Positions 1 through 12,089 of a stretch of DNA of 64,000 bases are shown here, piece after piece. A program made the position numbers and the translations under genes. Within the stretch, counting starts at the first letter, position 1. Every line of letters starts with the position of its first letter. The stretch is from Chiloscyllium plagiosum (Eukaryota): NCBI RefSeq assembly GCF_004010195.1, contig NC_057760.1:2632647-2696646 (forward strand). Reading direction: 5' to 3'. Under the pieces are notes generated by a model. The model had not been told where the DNA came from, ran no database searches, and saw only the letters and a list, made by a program, of their open reading frames with translations.

Positions 1-510
1 AGTAGCCTCCCGTGTGGCACCTTATCAAAGACCTTTTGGAAATCTGGGTAGACCACATCCACTGGGTTTCCCCGGTCTAACCTACTTGTCACCTCTTAAA
101 AGAACTCCAACAGGTTTGTCAGGCACGACCTCCCCTTACTAAATCCATGTTGACTTGTTCTAATCCGACCCTGTTCTTCCAAGAATTTAGAAACCTCATC
201 CTTAATGATGGATTCTAGAATTTTACCAACAACCGAGGTTAGGCTAATTGGCCTATAATTTTCCATCTTTTGCCTTGATCCTTTCTTGAACAAGGGGGTT
301 ACAACAGCGATCTTCCAATCATCTGGGACTTTCCCGGAGTCCAGTGACTTTTGAAAGATCTCAACCAACGCCTCCGCTATTTCCTCAGCCACCTCCCTCA
401 GAACTCTATCCTATCTACCTGCGACTCCACGTTCAAGGAGCTATGAACCTGCACTCCAAGGTCTCTTTGTTCAGCAACACTCCCTCTGACCTAACCATTA
501 AGTGTATAAG
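1..510 (-). mobile_element. CR1-clade LINE ORF2 (RT) fragments; two pieces joined near 404
   Basis: ORF 96..392 contains VPDDWKIAVVTPLFKKG...NYRPISLTSVVGKILE...SQHGFSKGRSCLTNL. Confidence 0.9.
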
Positions 511-1401
511 AAGACTTTTTCAGATAATGCAATGTCTTAAAGCATTGTGGAGGAGCATTTAATTACATCTTTCAAAACTGAATTGGACAATTAATGAAGA
601 AATGCCTTGTACGGCAACAGGAAAAGACAGTGGAATTGAACCAGATGAATTGCTATTGTAATGAGTGGAATAGTTTCCTTTGTGTTGTAACCATTCTGTG
701 AAAGATGACTGAACTTTAGGTTTTACAATCAGGGGAAGTCTATAAAATATTCAGTGCTACCATGAGTAATATGTCAGGAAGAACCTTCTTTTCTGAGAAT
801 GTTAAACACTTGTGGAAGAATGTGCTTCCACTCCAATCTGGAACCTGAATTTCTGCTGTTAGCTATCAGCTGCTGTACAATTTGACCTGAGGTGGTTTAA
901 ATGAATCTTAGTCTACACACTGACTTCAATGTTGCAATACAGCAGAACCTATTTCAGTGTGTTGCCAAAGCTGGTATGCGGTTGCAGCCTAGGTATCTGA
1001 TCCTTGGCGGCAGGGTAGTAGAGGCAAAGCAATGGGATATTCAAATGCACTTGGTTCCTGGGTTTAGATCGTAACTGTGTATGCTGGCTTTCTCACCTAA
1101 TTGAGTCAGCAGGTTCAGGCCAATCCAAAGCCCTGCTTCATGGTATGTCTTGTGTTCCATTCACTGTTGTATATGGTTTGACCCAACTCTCAACATTGTA
1201 AATTTCACTAGACTTTTAATCTCCTGTGCTGTTAGTGGAGTTTCAAAAAAAGTAATTCTTCAGATTTGGTGCCTTTAGAATCTTAGTGGTGAAATTCCAC
1301 TTTGAGGTTGCTTTGTGCTAGTGTGGCTTGTGTGTATGCAGTTTGTAGTTAGTAGATTAACTCCCCTTTTAATTCACCTTCTCATTGCTCTGAAATATGC
1401 T

Positions 1402-3090
1402 TTAAAAAATCTCTCAACACCAGGTTATAGTCCAACCGGTTTATTTAGAAGGACAAGCTTTTGGAACACTGTTCCATTGTTAGGTAGTTAAAGGAGCAGC
1501 CAGGACACAATTTACAACAAAATATCAGTGTAGTACAACTGATGCGATATATTGAACAAACCTAGATTGCTTCTAAGACTTACCTTTTTTATATAGGATG
1601 GGTTGCAGGTTTTGATACATTATGTAAATCCCAGAACTTCCTTCGAGTCATGTTCCTGAGATAACAAGGTTTTATTTTTTAAAAAAGGGACATCTTAGCT
1701 CAGACAATGCTTTAAAGGTGTGAGGTAAGTATTCCGACCTTGAGTCATACTGGTTCTATTTCCAAAGTAGGAACTTATAAAATGTCACACAGATTGCCTA
1801 CAGATTGTGTGCTTTTTGAACAATATAGAATATATCTGTAAATACAATTCTGCAAATGCAAAGTCATCCCATAGACTAATGTGTGTACATGTGCATGTGA
1901 CGCAGAGAGAGAGTACGTGCGTAGTTAATGGCCTGCGCATGAGTGTGATGGAGTATATGGTGTATGTGGGCTCTGTGTGTGTGCACATGCGCCTGAGAGC
2001 GCATGTATGAGAGAGAGTCTGTGTGAGTGAGACAGTATGACTGTGTGTATGTGCGCTTGTGTTTGTGAGAGTATACAGTGTGTTGGGGTCATCTATAGCA
2101 AGACATGAACCCACGGTCCCAGTTGAGGCCATCCTCATGGGTACCGCACTTGGCTATCAACCTCTACTCAGCCACTCTGCGTTGTTGCATATCCCGAAGT
2201 CTACCTTGGAAGATGGTCACCCGAAGATCCGAGCCTGAATGTCTCTGACTGGGAGGGAACATCCCTGTTTGGAAATTGTTGCGCAGTGTCCATACATCCA
2301 TTGCCATAATGTCTGCTTTGTCTCACCAATGTACCGTGCCTCAGGGCATCCTTGCCTGCAGTGTATGCGAAAGACAACGTTGGCTGAGTATAGACTCTAA
2401 AGATGTGAGGCTAATGCATTGTCTGAGCTGAGATGTCACTTTTACATAAAAGCTTAGGTTAACTTGAATGTGACTTGAAAAAGTTCTGCGATTTACATGT
2501 TAATGAATCAAAACCTGCAACCCATTCTAAAATTGTAGCATGAATGGTTGGCAATGCTGCTTTCCCACGCCAGGGACCTGGGTTCAATTCCCACCTCGGG
2601 CAACTGTCTGCTTAGAGTTTGCACATTCTCCCTGTGTCTGCGTGGGTTTCCTCCGGGTGCTCTGGTTTCCTCCCACAATCCAAAGATGTGCAGGTCAGGT
2701 GAATTGGCCATGCTAAATTGCCCATAATGTTAGGTGCATTAGTCAGGGGTAAATGTAGGGGAATGTCTTCGGGTGGGTTACTCTTCGGAGGGTCGGTGTG
2801 GATTTGTTAGGCCAAATGGCCTGTTTCCATACCGTAGGGAATCTACTCCAATCTAAAAGATGAAAGACTTGATAGCGATCTTGGCTTGTTCAATATATTG
2901 TATCAGTTGTATGACACCGCGATCTTTTGCTATAAATTCTATGTCCTCTGATTCTGCTCCACTAGCTACCTGACAAAGGAGCAGCATTCCAAAAGCTTGT
3001 ACAGTACTTCCAAATAAACCTGTTGGTCTACAACCTGGTGGGGTGTGATTTTTAACTTGTCCACCTCAGTCCACCACCAGCACCTCTACA
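1402..3090 (-). mobile_element. Penelope-like element (Neptune-like) with inverted terminal arms and 13-bp TSD
   Basis: Minus strand ~2100-2390 reads SANVVFRIHCRQGCPEARYIGETKQTL (GIY-YIG endonuclease). ~1410-1715 is an inverted copy of ~2415-3050. TCTGAAATATGCT occurs at 1389-1401 and 3091-3103. Confidence 0.85.
2540..2855 (+). mobile_element. HE1-type tRNA-derived SINE nested in the PLE arm
   Basis: B box GGTTCAATTCC, central GTTTGCACATTCTCCC...GGTTTCCTCCGGGTGCTC, AATCT tail. Confidence 0.85.
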
Positions 3091-3529
3091 TCTGAAATAT
3101 GCTAACCTAGTACAGGTCTAACTGGATTTTTTTTTTCTTCTCATTTTCCCCCATTCAGACTTCGTTTTGATGCTTATAGCTGGGAGATTAGAGGGTCGCA
3201 ATTCTATTCCTGCATGTCACTTTAAAATTTAATTGTACAAAATGTGGCAGTTGATGTGGAGAAAGCTATGCCCTGTGAATAGGACAGCAGTGTGTAATTG
3301 AGATAAGAAACTGTTTGTGCAGTTCCCACATTGTCGTCTTGCTCAAAGTAATGGATTGTTTTGTCCCACATTTAAAAAAAATTCATAAGTTTTGACACCT
3401 TACTAAGAGGAATGATATAAATGGTTGAATTGATGTTGCAGTTTTAATGAAATCCTGCTAAGCATGATGAGTCTTCTCAGCTTGAATTTGTTGTGACAAA
3501 ATCTGAATGCTTACCCATTTTTAAACTTA

Positions 3530-3690
3530 GTTCATGGTCTGTGGATGTTGCTGGCTAGACCAGCATTTGTTGCCCAAGAGTCAACTGCGTGACTGTGGTG
3601 CTTGAGTCATATATAGGCTAGACTAGATAAGGCTGGTACACTCGTTTCCTTAAAGGGCATTAGTGAATCAGGTGGATTTTTAAACCAACA
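3530..3690 (-). mobile_element. Deu-type (SacSINE1-like) SINE fragment
   Basis: Reverse complement resembles the copies at 21240 and 45910 (ttcactaatgccctttaagga...tatgactcaagcaccacag). Confidence 0.55.
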
Positions 3691-3764
3691 AAACTCCTTT
3701 GTAAATGCAGTGGTAGCAAAGTGTAATGCTTGTAAATTTGTTGACAATATGAAACCCAGATGAG

Positions 3765-4640
3765 AGGGTGTGTTATGATGAGGATGTAAGGGATCAGCAA
3801 TGGGATATAGATGGATCGAGAGAATGGGCAAAACCTTGGCCTTTAGAGCTTAATGAAGGAAAGTGTGAAGTCATGCATTTTGGTAGGAAGAATCAAAAAG
3901 CAGACTCTTATTAAATGGAGATACACCAACAAGATGCAATAAAAAAAAAAGAGATCTGGATGTTTTTATGCATGAAACGCAAGGGGTAGCGTGCAGGTAC
4001 AACAAGTGATCAAGGAGGCAATTGGGATTTTGCCTTTGCTGGGGTGGTGAAGTTTAAAAGCAAGTAAATATTGCTACAAATGTACAAGGTGTTGGTGAAG
4101 CCACACCTGGAGTACAGTTTTGTTTAAGAAAAGATATGCTAGCACTGGAGGCAGTTCAAAAGAGATTCCCTAGGCTGATTTCTGGGATGAAGGAGTTGAC
4201 ATATCAATGGCTAAACAGGTTAAGCCTTTATTCATTGGAGTTTAGAGAATATGGGGTGATATTACTGAAGCATGCAAATATTCTGAGCGGGCTTGACAGG
4301 ATAGATGTCGAGAAAATAGGTGATGAAACCAATGCAAGCATGATGGACCAAATGTTACCTCCGCTAGTGGAATCTTGAACGAGGGAATATAGTTCGAGTG
4401 AGGAGAAACTTAATTAAAACTGAGATGCAGAGGAATTTCTTTGAGAGGATAATGGTTGTCTAGAATCTCCTACCTTAGGGACTTGGGGAAGCTAGATTGC
4501 TAAAGTATTTAAAGAAGTTTGAAATGTTGACAAGTTGAGGGCCATGAAGAGGAGTTAAGGCCTAGGGCAGATCAGTCAGGATCTTGTTAAATGGTGGGAC
4601 AGGCTTGAGGGGCTGAATAGCTTACTCTGCTACTTCTGTC
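3765..4640 (+). mobile_element. CR1 LINE 3' part, decayed
   Basis: KCEVMHFGR and LEAVQKRFPRLI motifs followed by a CR1-type 3' UTR. Confidence 0.8.
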
Positions 4641-4757
4641 ATATAGGAATAACATAAGAACTGTACAGAGCACCTCATCTCAACGAGACAGAGTCACCAT
4701 TCCCAAATCAGGGGCTTCCTTGCATTAACAGCCAGTGACCAAAAAAAATGCTTTCTA

Positions 4758-5410
4758 GACTTAGGGGTGCAGTTGCATCGTTCCTGGAATGCGGAGCTGC
4801 AGGCAAGCAGGGTGGTGAAGGTGTGGGTCAGTGCATTAAGAAGGGGGGTTGAGATGTCATGTTAGAGCTGTACAGGACATTGGTTGGGTCACTTTTAGAA
4901 TACTGCAGACAATTCTGACTTCCTGTTATAGGAAGAATGTTAAACTTGAAAGAGTGCAGAAAAGATTTATAAGGATATTGCTGGGACTGGAGGATTTGAG
5001 TTACAGGGAAAAACTGAATAGGTTGGGGCTTTTTGCTCTGGAAGATTGGAGACTGACTTTATGGAGGTTCATAAAATCATGAGGGGCATGGATAGGGTGA
5101 ATAGCCATGGTCTTTACCCCAGGATGGGGGAGTCCAAACCTAGAGGACTTGGGTTTAAGAAGATAGGAGAAAGATTTAAAAGGGACCTAAGGGGCAACAT
5201 TTTCATGTGGAGAGTGGTGCGTGTATGGAATAACCTGCCATAATAAGTGGTGAAGGCAGGTACAGTTAGAACATGTAAAAGGCATATGGATGGATATATG
5301 AATTAGAAGGACATGGACCAAATGCTGACAAATGGGGCTAGGTCAAATTGGGATGTCTGGTTGACGAGGGCAAGTTGGGTCAGTTTCTGTGCTGCATGAC
5401 TGAGTCTAAA
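4758..5410 (+). mobile_element. CR1 LINE 3' end
   Basis: LERVQKRFIRIL, EVHKIMRGMDRV, RVVRVWNNLP. Confidence 0.85.
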
Positions 5411-5619
5411 TTGGACAAAAGTACAAATTAGAAATATGAGCTCAGATAGAATTTGGTTCTGGGATCTCCTGGGTTAGCCCTTTTGTGGTGGGGGGGGGGG
5501 AGATATTGTGTTTGTCTCTGGTATTCTGTTCCCCAAATACATTGGAAGCTAATGTATTAAAAACTGATTTTTTAGAATTTCAATACAGGGAACAGAGAAT
5601 TCTCAATTATTTACAATCT

Positions 5620-6600
5620 TTATTAATAACTTAAATGAATGGACAGGTGTGACATAATCAAATTTGCTGAATGTATAACAATACAAGTGTGTCTGCAATA
5701 GAATATAAGTAGGTTCCATGAGTGGGCACAAATTTGGTAGATAGAGTATGATGTGAGACTGAGAGTTTGTTGACTTTGCATGGTGTGTAATAGAAAGCTC
5801 TGGCTATCCTTAGAGTGAATTGCACAAGCTTAGTATGCAGGTACAGCTATAATTCGGAAGGCAAATAGAATGGTGGCCACTATTTTTAATAACATGGAAT
5901 ATAAATGTATGGAAAAGTGCAAATGTCATTGTATTGATGAGAACACACAGAATACTGTGTACAGGTTTGGTCCCATTACATAAGGCCTGCATTGAAGACA
6001 GTTCAGAGAAGGTTCACTAGGCAGGTCGCTGGAATGGAGAGGTCACTTTCTGAAGAGAATTTGAGCAGGTTGACGCTTTACTTATTGAAGTTTAGAAGAA
6101 TGAAATGTGATCTTACTGAAACATCTATGATCCTGAGGGGGACTTGACAGGGTAGATACAGTGAGAATGTTTCTTTGTGAGGTTAGCCATGATGTGGAGG
6201 TGCCGGTTGGACTGGGGTGGACAAAGTCAGAAGTCACACAGGTTTATATGAAATTACAAGCTTTCAGAGCGCTGCTCCTTTGTCAAGACTATAACCTGGT
6301 GTTGTGTGATGTCTGACTTTCCCCTGATGGGGAAATCTAAAGCCAGGGACCGCAATTTAAAGATCAAGGGTTTCCTATTTAAGGTGGAGATTTAAGGGAA
6401 TTTTCCTCCAAAGGTTATCAATTTTGACATTCCCTGCAGTGAAGGTTGGGTCATTAACTAGATTCAAGGCCAAGGTGAGATTTTTGAACGACACAGGCTT
6501 ACAGACACACCGAAAAGTGGAGTTGGGCCATGCTCAGATCAGCAATGATCTGGCTGAGGGACAGAGCTGAGCAGTCAACCGAGTAAGTACTCTTATGTTC
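5620..6600 (+). mobile_element. Old CR1 LINE fragment interrupted by a short PLE terminal-repeat piece (~6188-6322)
   Basis: VQRRFTR-type coding remnants. The insert matches the PLE terminus seen at 3000-3090 and 36846-36965. Confidence 0.65.
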
Positions 6601-6721
6601 GTACAGTCCAGAATTGTCTTTGGATATGATTGGAAAAAGCAAGTAGAATTACATATCTTTATCAATTTTGTGAGATTTGGCATAAATAAATGGGATTATA
6701 AATAAATAAATAGCGATATAT

Positions 6722-6860
6722 AGCATAGGAACAGACCCCTTCAGTCCAACTCGTCCATGCCAACCAGATATCCTCAATTAATCTAGTCCCATTTGGCCCA
6801 TATCCCTCTAAACCCTTCCTATTCCTATACCTTTTAAATGTTGTAGTTGTGTCCGCCTCC
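6722..6860 (-). mobile_element. CR1 3' UTR fragment
   Basis: Reverse complement of the CR1 tail at 8900-9060. Confidence 0.75.
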
Positions 6861-8237
6861 TTTATTTCTTTAAGCAAAAGTTATTGGTAGGTGCAAAGGC
6901 CATCTCCGAGGTGTCTGCAGCTGCTCCTTGTTAGGGAGTGGACTGTAGCACTGTCCTGTTGGGAATTTTGTGAAGTTGATACGTGGAAGTATTTTCCATC
7001 TAGTTCGTAAATGCAAAGGATTTCTCCAGCAAGTTGAGCTTATGGAAAATTGTATGTTGCAGTGGGAACTTTTTCTGTTTCCTTCTATTCTAAACCAAAG
7101 TGATGTGGCTCAGTTAGAATTTTGTTTCTTCAAGGTGGCAGGAGGAGGGAGTTTGCACCACAATATGAATTTCGGCTGCAATGACAAACTTGCTACTGTT
7201 TATTATAACACAGATGCAGCAACAAATTTTCCAGAGATATTACGTTTTGCACCCAGCTATTAGAGGTTAAAGTGATAACAGAAACGACTTTCAAATGAAT
7301 TAGTTCTGTGATTAAATGCAGACAGGTGCTGGAGTTCCAAATAGAAAGCCCACACAAAAGTATTTAGTACAGCATGTTCATCAGTTTGATTGTAGATATG
7401 TTTATAATGTGCTTCAGGCTGAAACACTACACTAGCTACAGTGCTTGGTTTCCATGCTTCAAAATGAATTGTTTGTTTCAGAGGGCAGTCACGCTTTAAG
7501 GGTTTAATGCATTTCAGTGGCAAACATGAATCTGGCACCAAGCCCAGCCTGTTCATGGCAGCCGCACTGGTATGCAAATTCCCCTTGAGCTACACATTCC
7601 GCTGTACTTTCAGCCACTTGCGCACAGCAAGCAGCTCTGAGTGAGAGCCATGATTCTCTGCTCAACAAACCAGAAAAAAAAAGACAGATCTCTTTCTTTC
7701 TCCAAAAATATCTCGGGCATCACATTCGAAACACAGCAAAATATTATGCAATTGTGAATAACAGCAGGAAACCCAAATCAGGAACATAAGAGTCAAATAC
7801 CACCAGGGAACTATTTTATTTGAAATAAATAGAAATAGTTCTGGATCAACCAGCTGAAATAAATCATTTCCGTCACACCTTTTTTCTCCCCCCCCCCCCC
7901 CCCCCCTTTCTCCCCCTCTTCCCCTCCCCCTGCCCCCAGTCAAAATAAAATCTTATTATTTGAGAGTTTATAATTCTGTCAGATTTTAAGATATGTACAG
8001 CGCTCGTTGTAAGGTTTGATCCTAATTTATTTCACTTTGGATGTGAACAACCAGTAATTCCCATACATTGGAATTGATCCCTGGATCACACTTGTGCATC
8101 AATCAGGTATGCATTCATTTGAATTTGATTGCGTGCAGCTCACCGTGCGAAATAGTAAATCAGTCTTGATGTCTAGGAAGGTTTCTTGGTCTACGCTGAA
8201 CTGTTTGCGTGTTGAATAGTTAAAATGCTAAGAAAGA

Positions 8238-9173
8238 GATGTCTTTTTTAAAAAAAAAAGCATGTATTACAGTGCCTACTCAGTTCACCTTGATGCAACT
8301 TTATCGTACAAAAGCAAATCAGAGCAGGACTTACACACTTAATGGTAAGGTCCTGGGGTGTGTTGATGAACTAAGAGACCTTGGAGTGAATGTTCATAGT
8401 GCTTTGGAAGTAGAGTCGCAGGTGGATAGGAAAGTGAAGAAGGTGTTTGATATGCTTTCTCTTGGTCAGACCATTGACTATCAGAGTTGGGAGGTCATGT
8501 TGCAACTGTACAGGACATTGGTTTGGCCACTTTTGGAATATTGTGTGCAGTTCTAGTCTCCTTCCTATCGGAAGGAAGTTGTGAAACTTGAAAGGGTTCA
8601 CAAAAGATTTACAAGGGTTTTGCAAGGGTTGGAGGATTTGAAATACAGGGAGAGGCTGAATAGGTTGAGGCTGTTTTCCCTGGAGTGTCGAAGACTGAGG
8701 GGGTGACCTTAGAGGTTTATAAAATCATGAGGGGCATGGATAGGGTGAATAGACAAGATCTTTTTCCTGCGGTGGGGGAGACCAGAAGTAGAGGGCATAG
8801 GTTAAGGGTGAGAGGGGAAGGATTTAAGAGAGACCTAAGAGACAACGTTTTCACACAGAGGGTGGTGCGTGTGGAATGAGCTGCCGGTGGAGGCTGACAC
8901 AATTACAGCATTTAAAAGGCATCTGGATGGGTATATGAATAGGAAGGTTTTCGAGGGATATGGGCCAAATGCTGGCAAATGGAACTAAATTAGGTGAGGA
9001 TATCTAGTTGGCATGGACGAGTTGGACCGAATGGTCTGTTTCATGCTGTACATCTCTGATTCTATACTTTTAGAGTTCTGTGACTGTCCAATTGAATGGC
9101 CTTTTGTGTGGTAAAATTGCATAAAGGTGAATTTAGTAGACAATGTAATACATTTTTTTTTAAAAAAGACATC
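8238..9173. repeat. ~75-bp inverted repeat arms (8238-8314 and 9101-9173) around a CR1 insertion
   Basis: Left gatgtcttttttaaaaaaaaaagcatgtattacagtgcctactcagttcaccttgatgcaactttatcgtacaaaag aligns with the reverse complement of the right arm. Confidence 0.85.
8315..9065 (+). mobile_element. CR1 LINE 3' end
   Basis: RDLGVNVH, LYRTLVWPLLEYCVQF, EVYKIMRGMDRV, 3' UTR. Confidence 0.9.
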
Positions 9174-10074
9174 AACCCTTGGGCCAAGTTTGTGGCAAGC
9201 TTTGAATGTGAGAACCTTCTGATGGGAATCCATTCTGGTGCTTAAGTCTGTCAGCTAGGGTTAGATGAACTGTAACCCAAATATTTTCAGGGTCTGAGCA
9301 GTATAGAAGCTTAATTTAGCTCTCCTAAAGGAGATTATAGGAGCTATTACTTCTAAATTGAGAGCAATTAGATTTGTAGCCATCTCTTAATTTGATGGTT
9401 TAATTTGAGCAAGATACAACATTAATCATTGTATCCTCATTAGATAAAACCATCCATGTTCAAATTTTTTAAAAAGTCTCTTAATTCCTCTGTTGAACAC
9501 AAATACCATGATTGTGATTTTATCGAAATCTCATTGAGTGGAAAATCTGATGTGATTCAGTGCAGATTCGCAGGCTACTGCCCAGATGGGACCTGGGTTT
9601 TGCAGTATTTACACTCCTGCGGATATTGAAGTGAGTCATTCAAACATACAATGAATCTCCGTGTGACACTGCTTCCAGTTGCCAGGCAATGGATGACGTG
9701 GTCAAAAGTTGATTGTCAAATTTAGTAGTGTTACAGTCTCCAGACTCTACTGAACGTTTGAGTTTTTTCCTAAACAGCTCCATAGCATTCCATGAAATTA
9801 CACTGGTACATTTGCAGTATTTGAAGAGAGCATTTTAAAATGACTCAGTGCATCAGAAGACTTATTTATTGAATTGCACTCTTGTGTGAATAAATACAAG
9901 AGCTACTTTACACGTAGCAAGATCCCACAAATATCAGATCAGGTGAATGAGTTTTTTTGTTGGTGGTTTGAATTGCTTTGGTTAGATACTGGGAAAATTG
10001 TTTTAGTTGCCTATGTGAGGTACCGATAATAAATTTATACCAAGTGCAAAATAACATTGCTTCACTGCTGTCTT

Positions 10075-10934
10075 AGAGTCATACAGCACTGAACATGTCC
10101 TTCAGTCCAACTTGTCCATGCCAACCAACTTTCTCAAACCAAACTAATCCCACTTGCCTGTGTTCAGCCCGTATTGCTCTAAATCTTTGCTGTTCATGTG
10201 GGGGAAAGTGAGGACTGAGCTTGTGCTTGAAATGTTGACTCTCCTGCTCCTTGAATGCTGCCTGACCAGCTATGCTTTTCCAGTGCCACACATTTTGACT
10301 CTTTCCTATTCATGTACCTGTCCAATGTCTTTTAAATGTTGTAACTGTGCCAGCATCTACCACTTGCACTGACAGCTCATTCCACATACAAAACTACCCT
10401 CTGTGTTCAAAGTCTGAGAGAAGATTTGTAGCTCGGGTGCTCGTTGTTGTGGTTCTGTTCGCCGAGCTGGGAATTTGTGTTGCAGACGTTTCGTCCCCTG
10501 TCTAGGTGACATCCTCAGTGCTTGGGAGCCTCCTGTGAAGCACTTCTGTGATCTTTCCTCCGGCAACTCGCTTCCGGTTGTCAGTTCCAGATTCAAACCA
10601 CTACAAATTCCGGAGGGGAGGAAACCCACACCGACACGGGGAGAATGTGCAAACTCCACACACAGTTGCCTGAGGTGGGAATTGAGCCCAGGTCTCTGGA
10701 GCTGTGAGGCAGCAGTGCTAACCACGGTGCCACCGTGCCACCATTTAATGATATCCTTCCTATAGCAGGGTGACCAGAACTGAACACAACTCCAAAAGTG
10801 ACCTCACTAGTGACCTGTCCAGCCACAACATGATGTCCCAACTCATTTACTCAGTGGTCTGAGGAATGAAGTAAAGCATGTCAAACACCTTATACCACCC
10901 TGTCTAGCAGTGACGCAACTTTCAAAGAACCATG
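10075..10934 (-). mobile_element. CR1 3' end broken by nested PLE pieces (~10200-10300, ~10410-10617) and an HE1 SINE 5' part (~10618-10742)
   Basis: Each piece matches other copies in this window. Confidence 0.7.
10482..10521 (-). ncRNA. Minimal type I hammerhead ribozyme motif in a PLE terminal repeat, intact core
   Basis: Minus strand: GCA-CTGAGGA-T-GTCACCT AGAC AGGGGAC-GAA-ACGT-C-TGC. Stem I GCA/TGC, palindromic helix III ACGT, GUC cleavage triplet. Confidence 0.8.
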
Positions 10935-11840
10935 TACGGTTTGTCCGGCTATAACAGTAGTTGTGTTCTAGTGCAACTTCATGTTATAGAAAATCAGCCT
11001 AACACAATACCACAGTCCATGTAAATGCTAAAACCATATATTTTCATGAAATAATAAATTTAACACTAAGGGGTTTGAGAGTTTGCTGAGTTACAGTATT
11101 GTATTACGAGAGGAGCTGAGGGTCATCATGAGAGTCATCATTGCTTTCAAGTGCAGTTCTGAGTGCAGGATTATGATGAAAGTAAGTCCGGAAGTGGATG
11201 ACTGTGATTTATGGTCCTCCGACTGTTTCTTGGGTTGGCTTAAAAAAGGCATCTAGTTTTTGGTTTACCATCTTTCTTCTTTCTTGAAGAAGCTGTTCAT
11301 AGGGTGCAGATAAGACTTGATGTAATGAACTGCTATCCTGCATTCTTCACTGTAATCATTGTCTTCTAAGAGCTGCAGCTGCTTCTCAATTTCCCTCAGG
11401 AAAGAAGGCAAAAGACAAGTGAAAGGTTCTTATGGTGTTGAATCCTGGACTTCATTGTCGTCATCTCGAGCTTCAATTTCCTCCTCAGCATCAAGTTGCA
11501 GATCAGTCTCCATTTCTTCAAAGCCAACTTGCTTTGCAAGAGTAACGCCATGTTCTTTGATTACTGGAAGCTCCTCTGATGGTTCAACACCTTTAAAATC
11601 ATGAAGAGAAATCTGGGAGAAGCTTCTGCCAAACTGCACGCAAGCAGTCCTTAACTGACCTCACCCCAGGCCTACCCAATGATGTCAATAGCATTCTTAA
11701 TGTTTTAAAAACATCCTCAAAACTAACCTCAATAAGGTCAGAAGAGTTTTGCTCCGTCATCCAACCTCTTTTGCTTGATCTGAAGTAAACACCAAGAGTG
11801 GGTTTAAGGTAGCCGGGGATGGAATCGCATAATAGCCAAC
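10935..11840 (-). mobile_element. Tigger/pogo-type DNA transposon fossil (3' part of transposase plus one end)
   Basis: Frameshifted minus-strand peptides NIKNAIDIIG*AWGEVS, AVWQKLLPDF, HDFKG, LAKQVGFEE and KLDAFFK. TA + TIR-like cggtttgtccggctataac at 10935. Confidence 0.7.
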
Positions 11841-12050
11841 GGCATTCCCCAGGGCCATACCATGAACTGTATAAATCCTGCCCTTGTTCGTTTTACCAAA
11901 ATGCAACACTTCACATTTATCCAAATTAAACTCCATCTGCCACTTCTTGGCCCATTGGTCCAATTGATCAAGATCCCTTTGTACTCTGCGATAACCTTGG
12001 CTGTCCGCTTTAACGCCAATTTTGGTGTCATCTGCAAACCATGCTTTCTA
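11840..12050 (-). mobile_element. CR1 RT fragment
   Basis: FADDTK and QWAKKWQMEFNLDKCEVLHFG. Confidence 0.85.
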
Positions 12051-12089
12051 AATTCTCTTTGTTTATCTAAATGATAAACAACTGTGGAC

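Noticed and set aside
1785..2138. 117-aa His/Thr-rich ORF
   Set aside because: Translation of TG/AG low-complexity sequence in the PLE 3' region
10357..10725. Recurring peptide FTGGSQALRMSPRQGTKRLQ...APELQIFSQT in three ORFs as a small-protein family
   Set aside because: Incidental translation of the PLE terminal repeat; each ORF is a chimera of different repeats
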